From Takakia lepidozioides (Eukaryota; Plantae; Bryophyta): a stretch of 64,000 nucleotides of DNA. Position 1 is the first letter of the stretch, and every line of letters begins with the position of its first letter. The stretch spans positions 12,090,001 to 12,154,000 of the forward strand of contig CM060732.1 of the NCBI GenBank assembly GCA_030704615.1, read 5' to 3'. Of the stretch, positions 36,552-50,200 are shown piece by piece. Made by a program: the position numbers and the translations under genes. The notes below the pieces were generated by a model. The model had not been told where the DNA came from, did no database searches, and saw only the letters and a program-made list of their open reading frames with translations.

Positions 36552-37309
36552 AATTTCCGACGCCGGGGCGTTGCAAGAAAAAAAAATCCGTCACAACGAG
36601 GGCCATCTTTCCTCCTTCATGCCACCTTACGACGGCTGGGCGTCGTAATGGTGTCGCGGCAGGGGATTGCGACGCCGGGGCGTCGCAAAAAAATGCCATG
36701 GGCTGGGCGTCGCAGGCTTAGCGCCGCGCGGGGCGTGGGGGCGCGGCTGGCGTCGCAACCCCCCCCCCATTTGCTGTAGTGCCTCTTCCTTGCTTGCCCT
36801 CCAAGCTTGAAGATGGAAGCTTCAATGGGCTGCATGCATGCTCCACACATGCAACCCCTTCACACAAGAGGCATCAGCCCCCTATCTTGGTTCTTCGGCT
36901 CCTTGATGCTCTCTAAGACAAGACTAAGCACTCCACAGCCTTTGCCAAGCTCCTGAAACCCTAAGGCTTACATTTTCCAGCCACAAGACACTTCTCTTGT
37001 GGTACAAGAGCTCTTCTTCCAGGTTCTGAAACCTTAGGTGCACATTCCATGGCCTTGCCGCACCTCTTAGCTTCTGTTCCAGCCCCGTTCCAGCCCTGCT
37101 CTTGCCATGGCAAGAGCCCTTTCAATGCTGAAGCTCGAGATTGAAACCCAATCTCAACATACTCCACAAAGTGCACTGATTTGCCCCAAGCCAAATTAGC
37201 CCTTTCGCTTGGTCTTGCAATCCTTCACATAATGAAAGCCCGCATTCCCAAGGCCAGTTCTCAGCTTTGCCACCAAAGCCACTATAACCTGCTTTTGACT
37301 AATCTTCTT

Positions 37310-37785
37310 CCCAATCGTGCTTGCTCATGCATGTACACAATCTGAAACCATCAAGGTGCTCTGGAATTACCTGCAACATGGTGCTTTCATCTCTGAAGCT
37401 GAAGATCGAATGCCAAGGTCTGACACCCTTCTTTCATTCTTCTCAATCTCTATGATGACTCTCTTTGGTCTGATTGGTATGGGCGGCACTTCGTGTCCAT
37501 GTATTGTGGCATATCTGGAAAATACGCTGCTCTTCCATGTTTGATGGCATTCTGCCCGGTGTTAGAGTGTTGTTATATAGAGCTCACTCAGACTTGCAGT
37601 CTGAAGCTCGGAAGGCATGGAAATTGGTGGTTACAGTTTTTCACAAAAGCTCAGAGGACAGGCGACAACAACTACTCACTCATTTTGACTCGACTTGGGG
37701 AAATGGAAGCATCTTCTGCACCAGAGTTGCCGATTTGCAAGTTTCATGGAGCAACACCTTCCCTGCATGCTGGGTGTTCAATTAG
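37310..37785 (+). pseudogene. L1-type LINE ORF2 extreme C-terminus (CxxC...ETI, LWHIWKIRC)
   Basis: C(H)AC TQSETI followed by VLWHIWKIRCSSMF, typical of the plant L1 zf-RVT tail. Confidence 0.7.
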
Positions 37786-37789
37786 CACG

Positions 37790-40700
37790 AAGGCCTCCCA
37801 ACACACTCGCGACGCTCCGCTCGCGCGTCTCTTCCACCATGCACTCGTCTAAACGTCAAAGGACGGTCGACGAGGAGGGGGACTCGCCCTCGCCCTCGCC
37901 TCACCCAAGTTCTCATCTATTTCTACATCCTGGCCCGACCTCTCAGCATACTTCTCCCATGCGACAGTACTCCACGCGGAGTGCCGATATCCAAATTCTA
38001 CGGAATCAAGTAGCTACCCTGCAATCTCGTTGCATCTCTGAGGATGCACTGCAGCATCTGCTCGTAGCACGAGATAAAGACGTCGAGAAATTGTTTGCAG
38101 CCAAGGACAAGGATGTCGAGAGGTTGTGTGCAATTCGGGACAAAGCTTTAGAGAGTTTGCAAGCTGAAGTGTCTGTCTTGCGAGCTTTTATTCTAGAGAG
38201 CAATACCAAAGCACGGAGAGTTTGTTGAAACAACTCAATACCAAAGCAACATGCACTCGTATCTCCAAAATAGAAGGGGAAGTGAGAACCATAATAGAGA
38301 GGGACCATTCCAGTGCACCCACGGCAAGTATCCACCAACAGATGGAAACTCTTTACTAAAGAGCTGGAAACCCACAAGGCGACGACTTCTTCAATGGCCC
38401 GAGAACTCCAAGCCCATAAGGCTGAGGCTTCTTCTTGGGCTAACATAGTCAAGGGAAGCACAGGACCATCCAACAACATTTTCTGCTCTTTAGAAATGGC
38501 AGTATTGGCTACCTTGCGGGATGAACAACAACGGGCTTCAAAGCCCTTAACATCCGGGTCACTGGGAAGTTGGGGAACCTGGCAGAGGGTGACCCCCTTG
38601 AAGCGGCAACCACCCTCATCCAGCAAAACCTGGCTCTACCACAAGGAGCAAGTGACATTGAACGGGCTTTGGCGTGCAAGAACTTTGGATCACAAGGTCA
38701 TGTTCATCAGATTAAAGACAGGAGTGCCAGGGAGAGGGTTCTCCGCCAAAGGCCTCAATTGAGAGGACACGACATGTATTTGAATGATGATCTGACCCCC
38801 ATGCAATACAATGCCATGCGGGCTCAACTCAAGCAGGTCAAACAGGCTCGGGCACAAGGACATTACGCGGTATACCGAGATGGGAGGGTAATTATTAGAC
38901 AACAAGAGCGTCGTGCCTCTACCTCAAAATAGGGGTCGAGGCCCCATGAGACCACCACATGCTCACATCTAAACATTGGCTCAAGGAACTGCAATGGCTC
39001 ATTGTGGAGCCATCCACAAGGGCTCTTGGATATTATCCTTTCAAAGTGTGATAGTCTTTTTCTCTTGGAAACTCATGCGTATGAAGGAAAGGACCCCCCT
39101 TCTATTCTCAGATATAGCTTCCAGTCAATGACCCGTCCACGCACAGGTCTCAAAGGCTCTGGTGGTGTTGCTTGCTACTTTGCTGACTGCCTCTCCCATC
39201 TGTTTCTTTCCCATACAAAGATCCATTGGCAAGGTACATTTGGTGTCACATCAAAGGCTACAACTCTCAACCAAACATTTTATTGGAAGGATGTTACTTT
39301 GCCCCGGTTGTAGCTCCACACAGTGGCCTCCACATGCATACAGATTCACCGTACATCCCTTTGGAAGAGGATTTGTCCCGTCTCCATACTGATCCACACA
39401 CAGACATCTTTTTGGTTGGAGACTTCAACGGCCGCACATGATCACTACAGGCCCCAACTTTCGACCCGACGGACCCTCTGGACATCCAACACTCACATAT
39501 GGTCTTGGAGAGGCAAAGCGCGGATGTCTCTAGCGAAATTATAAGCTATGGTCACCATCTAATCAAGTTATGTGAGATTCAGGGGCTTGTCATCTACAAT
39601 GGCACGACCAATTTCAAATCCTCTAGTCATTTCACCTGCAACACGTAGAAGGGACAGAGTGTGGTCAACTATTTCTTGGGGATCCCCAACACAACTCATA
39701 GGGTTGGTTCTTTCTACATCACGAGGTACCCAGATGCTGATCACTCTTGCCTTTCCTTTGCATTTCCTTCCATCTCTTCTCTCGTGAGGGCTCCTCCGCT
39801 TCTCTCCTTTCACACCCACATATTCACTTCAAATACCCCCTTCTCTCACTTACACGACGCTGACTATGAAACTTGCCTAGCTTCAATCCTCTTTCCATCT
39901 TAGCTCTACCATCTACTGATGATAAGGCTACCCATCTAACACACGCTCTTTGGGACTCAGCCCCGCATTCCTTCCGGCCAATCACCCTCCCATCTACCTC
40001 CTCACCCCTCTCCACTCGTAGATGGGTAGTTGTAGGCTACGGTGGACCAAAAACTGCGTAACATGGCAGTTTCTGCAGTGACCTCCTTTCATGGTACCTT
40101 TTATAGTGAAATCACAACTCAATATTTCATACAAGTTTATACGGTCTAAGATTTGTAACTATAGTAGAGAGATACTCCAATTTTTTTATTGTAAAAAAGA
40201 TCATCTATGAAAGAGCTATGGACTCTTAAAGTTGAATCTTATGGACTGCAATATTACACATGAAAACCCATATGGACTAAAAAAACATTATATACATCTA
40301 AGTAATAACAAAAACAAAAACACATTAGGGGTGCCATTTTTGAAAGCTACCCAAATGTACTTTTATATGGACTAAAAACATCAAGGAACTAGGCCCAAAC
40401 TGGGCCTATTTTCCCTAATGTCCATCATCCTCATTTGGTATTCAAAAATCTCTAATTATTATAAATAAAAAAGTTTTTATTTTTCAGAATTAAATACTAA
40501 AATTTCTAATAAAAAAATTCTAGCCTATTTGGGATGGGACTTTTTACTAAAAGTGTTAAATATATCATATCTATCATCTAAAATTAAATATTTGGATAAA
40601 TTCCCTTAATTTGAGGTACCTATATAGACTTTTACGGAGGAAAAATCTGCCTCTTTTGGTCCACCGTACCCTGCAACTGCCCAGATATGCACATTTTTAT

Positions 40701-43197
40701 GACGAAGAATGCAAAGTAGCTAGACGTCAGAGCAAATCTCTACTCCTAGATATCCATTCCTCTCCACATTCCAAAAACCTAGCTCTCAAGCACTATAAGT
40801 CCCTCATTAGATCCAAAAAAAGAGCCTACACTCTCAAGCTGCAATCTACTTTCCTTGCAAAAGCTGTCAGATTTTCTCCTTGTTCTTCTTGGTCCCTCCT
40901 TAAACCTCATAGAGACCCACCTGCAATCACTGACATTCACGTCTGGCATGAGTATGCCCAGTCATTGTATCATTCCCCAAGCCAAACTCCCTCTCCCATA
41001 ACCTCTAAACCCATACACTTATCTCTTTTTACTACAGTCAACGTCAGTAAGGCAATCAAGAAGCTGCAAAATGGCAGGGCATTGGATATTATTTCAGGGC
41101 TATAGGGTGAATTCATCAAGCACGCGGCACCCACTTTGGCCCCATTTATAGCTCACCTCTTCAATGAGGCAGTGTAAGATGGCTTTCCAACAGAGTGGAC
41201 AAATAGCATCATCCACCCCTTCTTCAAGAGCGGTGACATGCTTGCACCGACCAACTATCGTACAATTATGGTGTCATCAATGATGGCTAAGCTGTTTGGG
41301 GCAGTAGTGGCCATGGAGTTGGATGATTGGGCTGAATCCTCTCACATACGTGCTAAGGGACAAATGGGTTTTCCTCGCAACAGATCCATTCTTGACCACA
41401 TTTTCACTCTTCAGGTTATGGTGGAATGTGCTAGCTTTGACAAAAAAACTGGTTTATGTCTGCTTCGTTGACTTCCACGAGGTTTGTGATATGGTTCCTC
41501 GCGACCTTCTTTTCCAACGGCTCCATAGGGTGGGAGTCCCCCATGACATTCTCTATGCCATTTCCTCCATGTATGAGATCGTCACTGGCATGGTCAATGT
41601 CGTAGGGGAATTCTCAACTGAGAACGTCCATAGCAACATTGGGGTCAAACAGGGCTGCCCCCTCTCACCTACCCTGTTCGGAATCTACATTGACGCCTTG
41701 GAAGTTTACATCTCAAAAAACCATGGAGTGGGTGTGCCATTAGATGGAGAACACAATCAGATCTCCATGGATCTCCTCTACGCGGATTATGTTGTCTGGC
41801 ACAATCTCCTGTCTTCCTGCAACGCCATCTCCACATCCTGGAACAGTTCTCCAAAGACTATGGGCTGCAAGTCAACCTTAGCAAAACCAAGATCATGGTT
41901 TTCAATGGGCAGGCCGACCGCAGATTCTTCCTCAACAATCGGGAGGTTGAGATAGTCAAATCGTACCGGTATCTGGGTCTGGTTATCCACTGCAGATCTG
42001 AAAAATGGCAAAGAGGTCCATGGCGACATCTTCAGAGCTGGAATTGTACCAACTGTCATTCTGAACAATACCACCCAAATTCCAGTTTGTAGCAACTGCC
42101 CTGGACAGATTGACAAAAGGCAAGGCAGCCTCCATCCACCTTCATGCCAAATGCAAAGTTCAAACAAATACATCTGCGTCATCCACCGACCAAGAAGTGG
42201 TTGTTTGACAACATTGTCGCCGCAAATGCCACTTTTGGTTGTGAATTCTAGGCACCTGCGGTCCCAGTTTCCTATTGGAAAAAGAATCTGGAACCATTGC
42301 AATCATCTTTCCTCCAAGCAATGCTTGGCTCCAGAGGCACAACTCCATCTGACATACTGAGTGCAGAATTCGCATGCGTGCCACTGCAAATTGAGGCCCT
42401 CTTCCGGCTTCCCTGCATAGGTTGCAAGCCCTTCCCCCCAAGGGGCTTGTGGCCAAAGCCCTCGCAACCTCTATTAGGCTCAAAATACAGGTTTTAAACA
42501 ATCTTGGTATGCTCGTGTGGATACCTTTTTTGAACGCCATGGACTCTCTATTGCTTCACTATTGCCAATGAATCCAGAAGGGGTGGACATCACATCCAAG
42601 CATGACCGCAACAGACTCATTAGAAGGGAGCTTATGGAACTACATGTCAGGAGAACTTGGAAGTTACCCAACCTCATGACAAAGCTCCATTTCTATCGAG
42701 AAACATTCTTGGTTCTGCGAGATGATAGAATCTTGCGGCCCAATTACCTTTCGGTATCTTTATCTCCTTCTCTCCTGAGGGCTTTGGGGCGGTTCAGGGT
42801 GGGCTCCCACAACCTACGGCTAGAGAATGGCAGATGGGAAAACCTGTAGTGGGAGGACAGGCTATGTCCAGCTTGCACAGGGCGCAACCAGGAAATTGAA
42901 ACTGAAGAACACTTCTTCTTCTATTGCCCTCTATATTATGAGATCCGTGGGAGATTCCACTGTCCATTCCGTGGAACCCAATCTCTCACTGAAATCTTTC
43001 ACTATGAAGATCAGAAATGCTTGGCAGCTTACTTGCACGAGGCACTCACCCTTAGACAATCACTCAAACAATAGTTCTTATCTCTGGCTCTGGTTTCCTA
43101 TTTCCTCTCACGTTCTTTTTCCATTTTGTCCCCATAAGCTCTATGAACTTTCCGCGGACGGTATAAAGCACCATTTCATTTCACCTTTCATTTCACC
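37790..43197 (+). mobile_element. Near full-length degenerate LINE, RTEX/L2-like (ORF1 about 37839-38932; ORF2 about 38946-43070)
   Basis: ORF1 coiled-coil and YLNDDLTP; APE endonuclease (LLETH, SGGVA, VGDFNGR, DH); RT (NYRTI, QMGF, GVKQGCPLSPTLF, LLYAD, YRYLG); C-terminal RFRVGSHNL...CPAC...EEH...C; CATTT-type tail. Confidence 0.88.
40024..40682. mobile_element. MITE with 29-bp TIR and 4-bp TSD (Sola2-like)
   Basis: TIR GGG(T/C)AGTTG(T/C)AGG(C/G)TACGGTGGACCAAAA; TSD AGAT (40020-40023 / 40683-40686); AT-rich interior; interrupts LINE ORF2. Confidence 0.85.
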
Positions 43198-43624
43198 TCT
43201 GAATGGCGAGGAGCCGGAGGTCAACTGGCGCCGCTTTAGGAAACTAGATCCAGGGTTCATCTTTCTTTCGAACCCTACAAAAGGAAGTGCGGAAGCTGCT
43301 AGTTTGCCTTCTCGTCTCTGTCTCTGTCTCTTAGTTTCTCAATAGGACCTACCGTAGAGAACTCTGGTTCTGAGCAGTGCCTCATCTGTTGGTCTGCATG
43401 GCTCCCCCGGCAAGGTTATTTTTTCCTTGTTATCTTATGCATTTTTAAATAAAGATTTTCAGGGCCTCCGTCCTGTTTCCTTTAAAAAATAAAATAAAAA
43501 ATCTAAGTTTATAGAAACAACAGGAGTCATGTGAAGGCTTTCGCTTTCGCAATGGGACACTGCCCAAGGGAAGGGGGAGAAGAACATACCAGGTAGGTAC
43601 ATACTCCAGAGCTGTTTTTACGTT

Positions 43625-43712
43625 TTTACTAGACCAGTCAAGGTAGCAGGATTTGACCCCAGATTCATCTAGGTGACACTCACTGCACTATCCAACTGAG
43701 GTAGACTAGACT
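43625..43712 (-). mobile_element. Degenerate tRNA-derived SINE-like remnant
   Basis: Minus strand shows A-box-like TACCTCAGTTGG and B-box-like GGGTCAAATCC. Confidence 0.35.
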
Positions 43713-44289
43713 GAATGGAAGTTTCTACGAGTTCTGAGCCATTAATAGTCTTTCTTGTTCCGAATCCTCGACAGTTTTTGTAAGGTGGGGCGACTTCATC
43801 TCGCCTCCCCGCACTCTCTCTGATCCACCCTCTTTCCTGTTGTCTGACCTTCTTCAGGCTGTAGGTGATACTAGAATAGTTTGATTTCTTTCATTGTGTT
43901 AATATATCTAGTTGTACGAGCTTTGGTTGTTTCCTCTTGGGGACAGTTACACCCATTTGTACAGTCACCCCACTTGGGTCTTTTTATAAAGCTATGCAGG
44001 ATTTCTTTCAAGGTCTGTTCAACAGTTAAAGTTCTAAGACTGTTCTCTTCAGATCCTAAACTATGACATATGATACCCTGAGCTGGAGCACAACCTCCTC
44101 AATTTATTTCTTAGTTGACTCTAACTTGCTGGTATTCTTCTCCTTTGACATCAAACCTGGGCTCTCCAACACTTGAGAGTACCAAGATTGCTTATTAAAA
44201 AAACAGCTCAGCCATTTCTCACTGCTGGGGCAGCAAATGTCATGGATTTCAATACAGTGACTTCCATTGGAGCAAACATGTTACTCTGG

Positions 44290-47200
44290 TCATGCATTTC
44301 CAGAAAAATGTGATTTGGAAAGTGAAGATGCAGTGGGTTCTGTATCACCTAGAATTTGACGACCCGCTATTTTGTCTGACTGCAGAGGGATTGACTCTTT
44401 TGTCATAGACTCACCCCTCTTTGAGTGTGCACATTCAGCCTCCAATACCTGGCTCAATTGCCCAGGCCTCTTGCTGCAGTAACTTATGCACTTAAGCCAG
44501 CCAAAGTGCGAAGAGAAGAACTCTGGCAGAGCAAAGGGATCCATCTGCGGGTGATGTATCGCAGAAGACACTTTCCTCATTCCTGTTGAAAGGATAATTT
44601 AAACAAAACTGCTGCATATGCCTGGCTGAGACCACTTACAAAGATGAATATAGGTCTTGATGGTGCAAGCACATTCTTCCAAACCATGGATTCCACTTTC
44701 AAGGCACCAACAGTAGTGTTGCCATGGGTAGGCAAATCACCACACAGATTTATGGTACATACTAAAACAGTTCCCTTCCCTGATGACTACAAAGCTGTTG
44801 ACGTGCAGTACTTTCTACTCAAAATTTGTTGCTTGCTTCCTCTTGCCTGTCGCTAATTTTCCTGCTTAGCACAGCTCAATGGGAGAAGACAGTTGACAAG
44901 TGATATGCCTGGCCGCCATAGACAAGCAGCATACTGTTATCATCAGCTTCACCACTGTAATGCGTTTTTGTCAGTGACGTTTCAAACAGAACTACACTCG
45001 TTCAGAACCGGTGAAGATGGAGGGGACTATGAACGGGGGGTTTGAATCTTTGGTAGTTCTTACTGAAGACTCCTGGTGCATATCCTGTGCCCTGCACACA
45101 CACATCGTCATCTTCAGCCAGCAATGTATTGATGTAAGTTGTACGGATGAAATACTCCATTACAGACTAGACTGGGAAACTTTCTAAGGTGATACAACTG
45201 TTCTTTCCCTGTCACCGTCCTGCAGAGGCACATCAAAATATATTCTCATTTCTTTATGTTGGTTAACAGATCCCTATCAAGAGCTCATAGTAAATGATCC
45301 AATCTTTCTGTTAAACAAGCAACTGGCAATCTCAGTTTGAAACTAATCCCTAACCAGGGGTTACCAACATCCCATATTGGTAGGCCCTTGCAGAACCCCA
45401 TTTGGGCAAGAATACACCCTGGTTAGGAGCAGCTCTAGTGATTTACATACCAAGGTAGGTTGAGAGGTATGTCTCATGGCACCGCATTGTTGCAATCCAG
45501 GAGAAGTTCGCCAATGTGCATTCAAGGATCTGATGAGAACAGTCTTAGAACTTTCCTGAATGAATAAGGCCAGTGGCCAGGTCTTTTGTGATGTTCTCTC
45601 TTTTCGTCAATTCTATAAAATGGCAAGGACTCCCACATTCAGCTGCATGTGTGGAAGAAAGAAATGAAATGGTACTTTATAATGTCCGCGGGAAGCTCAA
45701 AGAGCTTATGGGACGAGAGGAAAGGAAACAAAACGGAATGGTACTTTATGAAGTCCGTGAAAAGCTCAAAGAGCTTCTAGGACGAGGAAGAAATGAAATG
45801 AAATGAAATGGTGCTTTATAACGTCCACGGAAAGCTCGTAGAGCTTATGGGACAAAATGGAAGAAAATATGAGAGGAACAAATCCAGAAACCACAATTAA
45901 TGTTCTAGCGAATGTCTAAGGGTGAAGGCCTCGTGTAGGTAGGCTGCCAAGCATTTTTTATCCTCATAGTGAAAGACATCAGTGAGAGTTTGGGTTCCAC
46001 TGAATAAACAGTGGAATCTCCCACGGATCTCGTAGTATAGAGGGCAGTAGAAGAAGAAGTGTTCTTCAGTTTCAATTTCCTTGCTGCGCCCTATGCAAGC
46101 TGGACATAGGCGGTCCTCCCGTTGCAGATTTTCCCATCTGCCAGTCTCTATCCATAGGTTGTGGGAACCCACCCTGAACCGCCCCAATGCCCTCAAGAGG
46201 GAAGGAGATAAGGGTGCTGAAAGGTAATTTGGTCTCAAGATTCTATCATCGCGGAGCACCAAGAATGTCTCTCGATAGAAGTGGAGCTTTGTCGTGAGAT
46301 TGGGTAGCATCCAAGTTCTCTTGACATGTAATTCCATAAGCTCTCTCCGAATGAGTCTGTTGCGGTCATGTCTGGATGTGATGTCCACCTCATCTGGGTT
46401 CATTGGTTATAGGAAAGCAGTAGAAAGTCCGTTACGTTGAAATAAACTGTCCACTCGAGCATACCAGGAGTTCCTGAAACCTGCAGCTTTGAGCCTCATA
46501 GATGTTGTGAGGGCCCTTGCCACTAGCCCTTTGGGTGGAAGGACCTGCAATCTATGGAGAAAGATTGTAAGCCTGAAGAGGGCCTCGGATTGCAATGGTA
46601 CACATGCGAACTCTGCACCTAGGATCTGAGATGGAGTTGTGCTCCTGGCGCCAAGCATTGCTTGGAGAAAAGATGACTGTAATGGCTCCAAATTCTTTTC
46701 CCACCAGGAGACAGGGACACCAGGTGCCCAGAACTCACAACCATAGATGGTAGCAGGGCTGACGACGGTGTCAAACAGCCACTTTTTGGTCGGGGGATGC
46801 CGCAGATGTATTTGCTTGCATTTGGCCTGAAGGCGGACGGAGGCTGCCTTACCTTTAGAAAGAAACAAGAAAAGACAGGGGCCACTAACAACCCAAAAGT
46901 AAAATACAAAGTAGAAGCAAAGCCTTTGCATATATATGCAGGGGCCCCTGTAGGGAATTTACCTTTTTTATCAATGTGTAGGTAAGTATTTGAAGATAAG
47001 TTTCAAGGACTAGCAAGGTTTCACTTATAATGTGGTGGCAGTGGTTGCCCCTTTCAAGGAAAAAGAGAAGCAAGCATGGAGAAAATTGAGAAGTTTCAGT
47101 CACCTTGGTTTGCGGTCACTGCACTCCAAAGCATGGGTGGCATGCACGTTGGCAAACCTGCGATTGAAGTTCTCGGGCTTTCGCTTGGTGCCACTTGTCT

Positions 47201-50200
47201 TCAAAAATGAGTCATTCTTCCACACCTTCTGCATCTCTGCAAATCTGATGACACAACCCCACCTTAACTTAGTGGCTGGGCACTTGCTGCATGCAGCGAA
47301 AGGACTAAAGGTGCCAATACTTCACAAAAAATGATCAACCCTCCAACTAATATATTACATTACTCCTGTTCCCCCCATAGTCCATCACATAGCCAGCAAC
47401 AAACATTCTTATTTCCAGGTCTGCCTCTCTGCAGCCCCATGCTGGCAAGCACTACCCCCAATGTTAATGTTCAATATGACTTTGGCATGGGAATTGGAGA
47501 ATAAGACTGGTGTAACCTTGCCACGCGATCTATTTTGCCTCCCCTTCGAGCGGGTGAAAACTTGCCCCTTCCAAATTCTGAGATGACAGTTTTGGTGTCC
47601 GAAAGCACACTTGTCCGATGAGGACCTGTTTTTGCAGGGATGCACCCGTGAGAATCTACTGACACCAACACAGCCTACGAAAGATTGAGAAATATCTGAT
47701 CAGACAAGGAGAGCTCTTATCTTTCTTCATAAAGACAGCTAAATCAATTTGCTCTTACTCCTCGGTTTTTATGAGCTTCTCACAACCTAGTGAGATCCTC
47801 AATTTTCTACGTTAAAGAAGTTACAGGACTCGAATGAGTACTGACTTGGTTCGGCCTCGAGGCTCCTAGAGACATTGTAAATAATACTGCAATGTAGACC
47901 CTACAATAATGACAATTTAAATTCTGCAAGCAAATCCAGCTGCTGTTAACAGTTAAAGGAGTTATACTGACCTGATAGACTTGGACTGTGGTTGTTACCC
48001 ACAGGTTTGCGGTTCATGAGCCGCTTAGCTACTTCTTGCTGTTGGGTGTAGGTCCTGAGAGTGGAAGGAGAGTGGCTTCCACTGTAACTTGCAGAATTGG
48101 AAGGAGAGGGGCTTTCCTCACTTTGTTGAGACTTTTGCATGGTAGGTGACTCTCGTTCCATCATACTTGAGGACCCGGAAAGGGCCCGCCCCCACTCAAA
48201 GGTTGATGGAGAGGCCTTTCGCAAATTTGTAATTCTGCGGCTAAAGTGCCTTTGTGGGCCAGAAGATAGACCAGTATCCCTTTCACCCTTCAGTGGCAGA
48301 GGCGATGCAGATCCTCTTGATGTGCCAATTTCTCTTCTGGTGGTTGACTTCTGGAAAAATATATTAGTGTATTGAGTGAGTTTGGGATAAGGCATGAGAG
48401 CTAAGAGTGGAATGAAGAGAAGAACAACAGTGCCCATGCACAGAAAGAAAGAAGAGGTGTTGCAAGGTGCACAGGAAGCTCAAAAAGCTATTAGCAAAGG
48501 GAAAGTTGGGTACATGAAAGTGAGGCCCCAATAAGCAGCCCAAAAGTACAGTTCAACTTGAGAGATTTTCGAAGGCAAGAGTCTAGTGCAGACATGCCAC
48601 CAGGAAGAGAAAGAGAAAGACTAAACAAAGAAACTTCAAAAACATCACCTGGAAGGCACGAGAGGAGATTTTATGGTGTCCAGAGTGCACAAGGGCAGCA
48701 CATATGTAGTCAGGTTAGCACAAGGCACATGCATTAGCATAAGATGATAGAGTTCCTCTCCTCTCAACCTTATGCATTTTACGGGTATGCTTCTCAGGAT
48801 AATTGCAGATATGAAGTTCAAATTTTACCTTTGAATTTGAGGCAACCTCTACAGCACCCTCTGTAAACTTAAACTGGAACTGCCCCTCCATCCCAGGGCC
48901 ATGACTCTTCTGATATGGTGAGAGACCACTCGAAGTCCTATGACTCTTTCTTTGGCCATGATCCGACACATCACTTGAGCCACCCTCGTTTGTTACATTT
49001 AAACTTCCTGCTGCAAGTTTATTATTTTGAAGGTGACAGTCCTCCATGGCTCCATGGTTTGAATGTGTTTGAGGAAAAAAGTTGTGTGACCTGAAGTCCA
49101 ATCTCGTTGTTTCGATGCCCACTGTGGTAGCAGATGATTCTGATGTATATGCTGTGGATGCAATCTCAGAGAGTATACTGGACACAGAGGAGCAATCTGA
49201 AGAGCCCTGCAGACAAACACTAAATGTTGTGATGCAGAATCTTTAAGTGTTTGTTAAGAAAAAAGTTGTTCAAACATTTTGGTTCTTTCACAGCGAGGGA
49301 CCCACATGATCAAGAACCAGGACTATTCATTCCCCTCACTAAACATGTTCACAAACTACACAAATAACCTCCATTGTGGCCCATATGCAGATTTTCAGAC
49401 TTGAAATGTCTAGCAATGCCTTTGAGTTCACCAGAGCACCAGAAGATGCATTATACTGCAACTACTCTTAGAAGAAATTAATAGACTTTAAGACACTATA
49501 TCAAGTACATCATTGTACCTGCAAACTGAATAGACTTTGGCGGTCCTGGAGCTCAGGAGAATCACCCTCCCATTTCACCTCCCCACTGTTTTGACTGGTG
49601 GTTTCTATTCTCGCCTTGGTATAAATAGGTGCCTTTCTGTCATGGATGTCAAGAGGATCAAACCCAGCACCTCCTTGTCTTTCTGACGGATATAAATCCT
49701 GCAAGAGATTCTCACATGGTTGCAGCACCTGCCTTGGTAGAGCATCTTGTCCAATGCCCTTTTGAATGCTGATGTCATTCTCCTTGCTTTCATCTGTACA
49801 GACAATGTCAAACCTGTCATGAGGCAAATGGGGGAGCAAATTTCAATGGAAGAGTCCTGTACAGAAGCCAGACGACTACAAGCTCATTTCTGTTGGGACT
49901 CTGAATGTAAGGCCCTCCAGGAAAAGTACAGGATTCTCATCTCATGATCCATTACTAGAGCAACAACGCATCTCTTTCGAACCATAAAACTAATGAGAGT
50001 TTTTGGCAATCACCATATTCCACTATGCTTTGCCTGGGAGAGAGTGCTGGAGACGCCAAAGAAATTAGGGCCAATTTCCCCAACCCCTTCACCGCTTCAC
50101 AGGAATCCACGACCCGCCTATCACACTCACGAGACTTGGTCACTTTCCACTCTTTGAAAATCTGCCGTTTGTAGTCGAGCTCTGGCTCTTTCAGTCTGTC

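Larger units (their letters stand above)
30543..36781. mobile_element. CACTA family A, copy 2 (hosts a nested CACTA)
   Basis: CACTACAGGAAA...TTTGCTGTAGTG; TSD CCT (30540-30542 / 36782-36784); homologous to 295-1347; flanking GCATGCTCCACACATGC repeats continue on both sides. Confidence 0.93.

Noticed and set aside
37255-37276. Possible PBS of Gypsy B (TGGTGGCAAAGC on the minus strand)
   Set aside because: No adjacent LTR terminus could be identified
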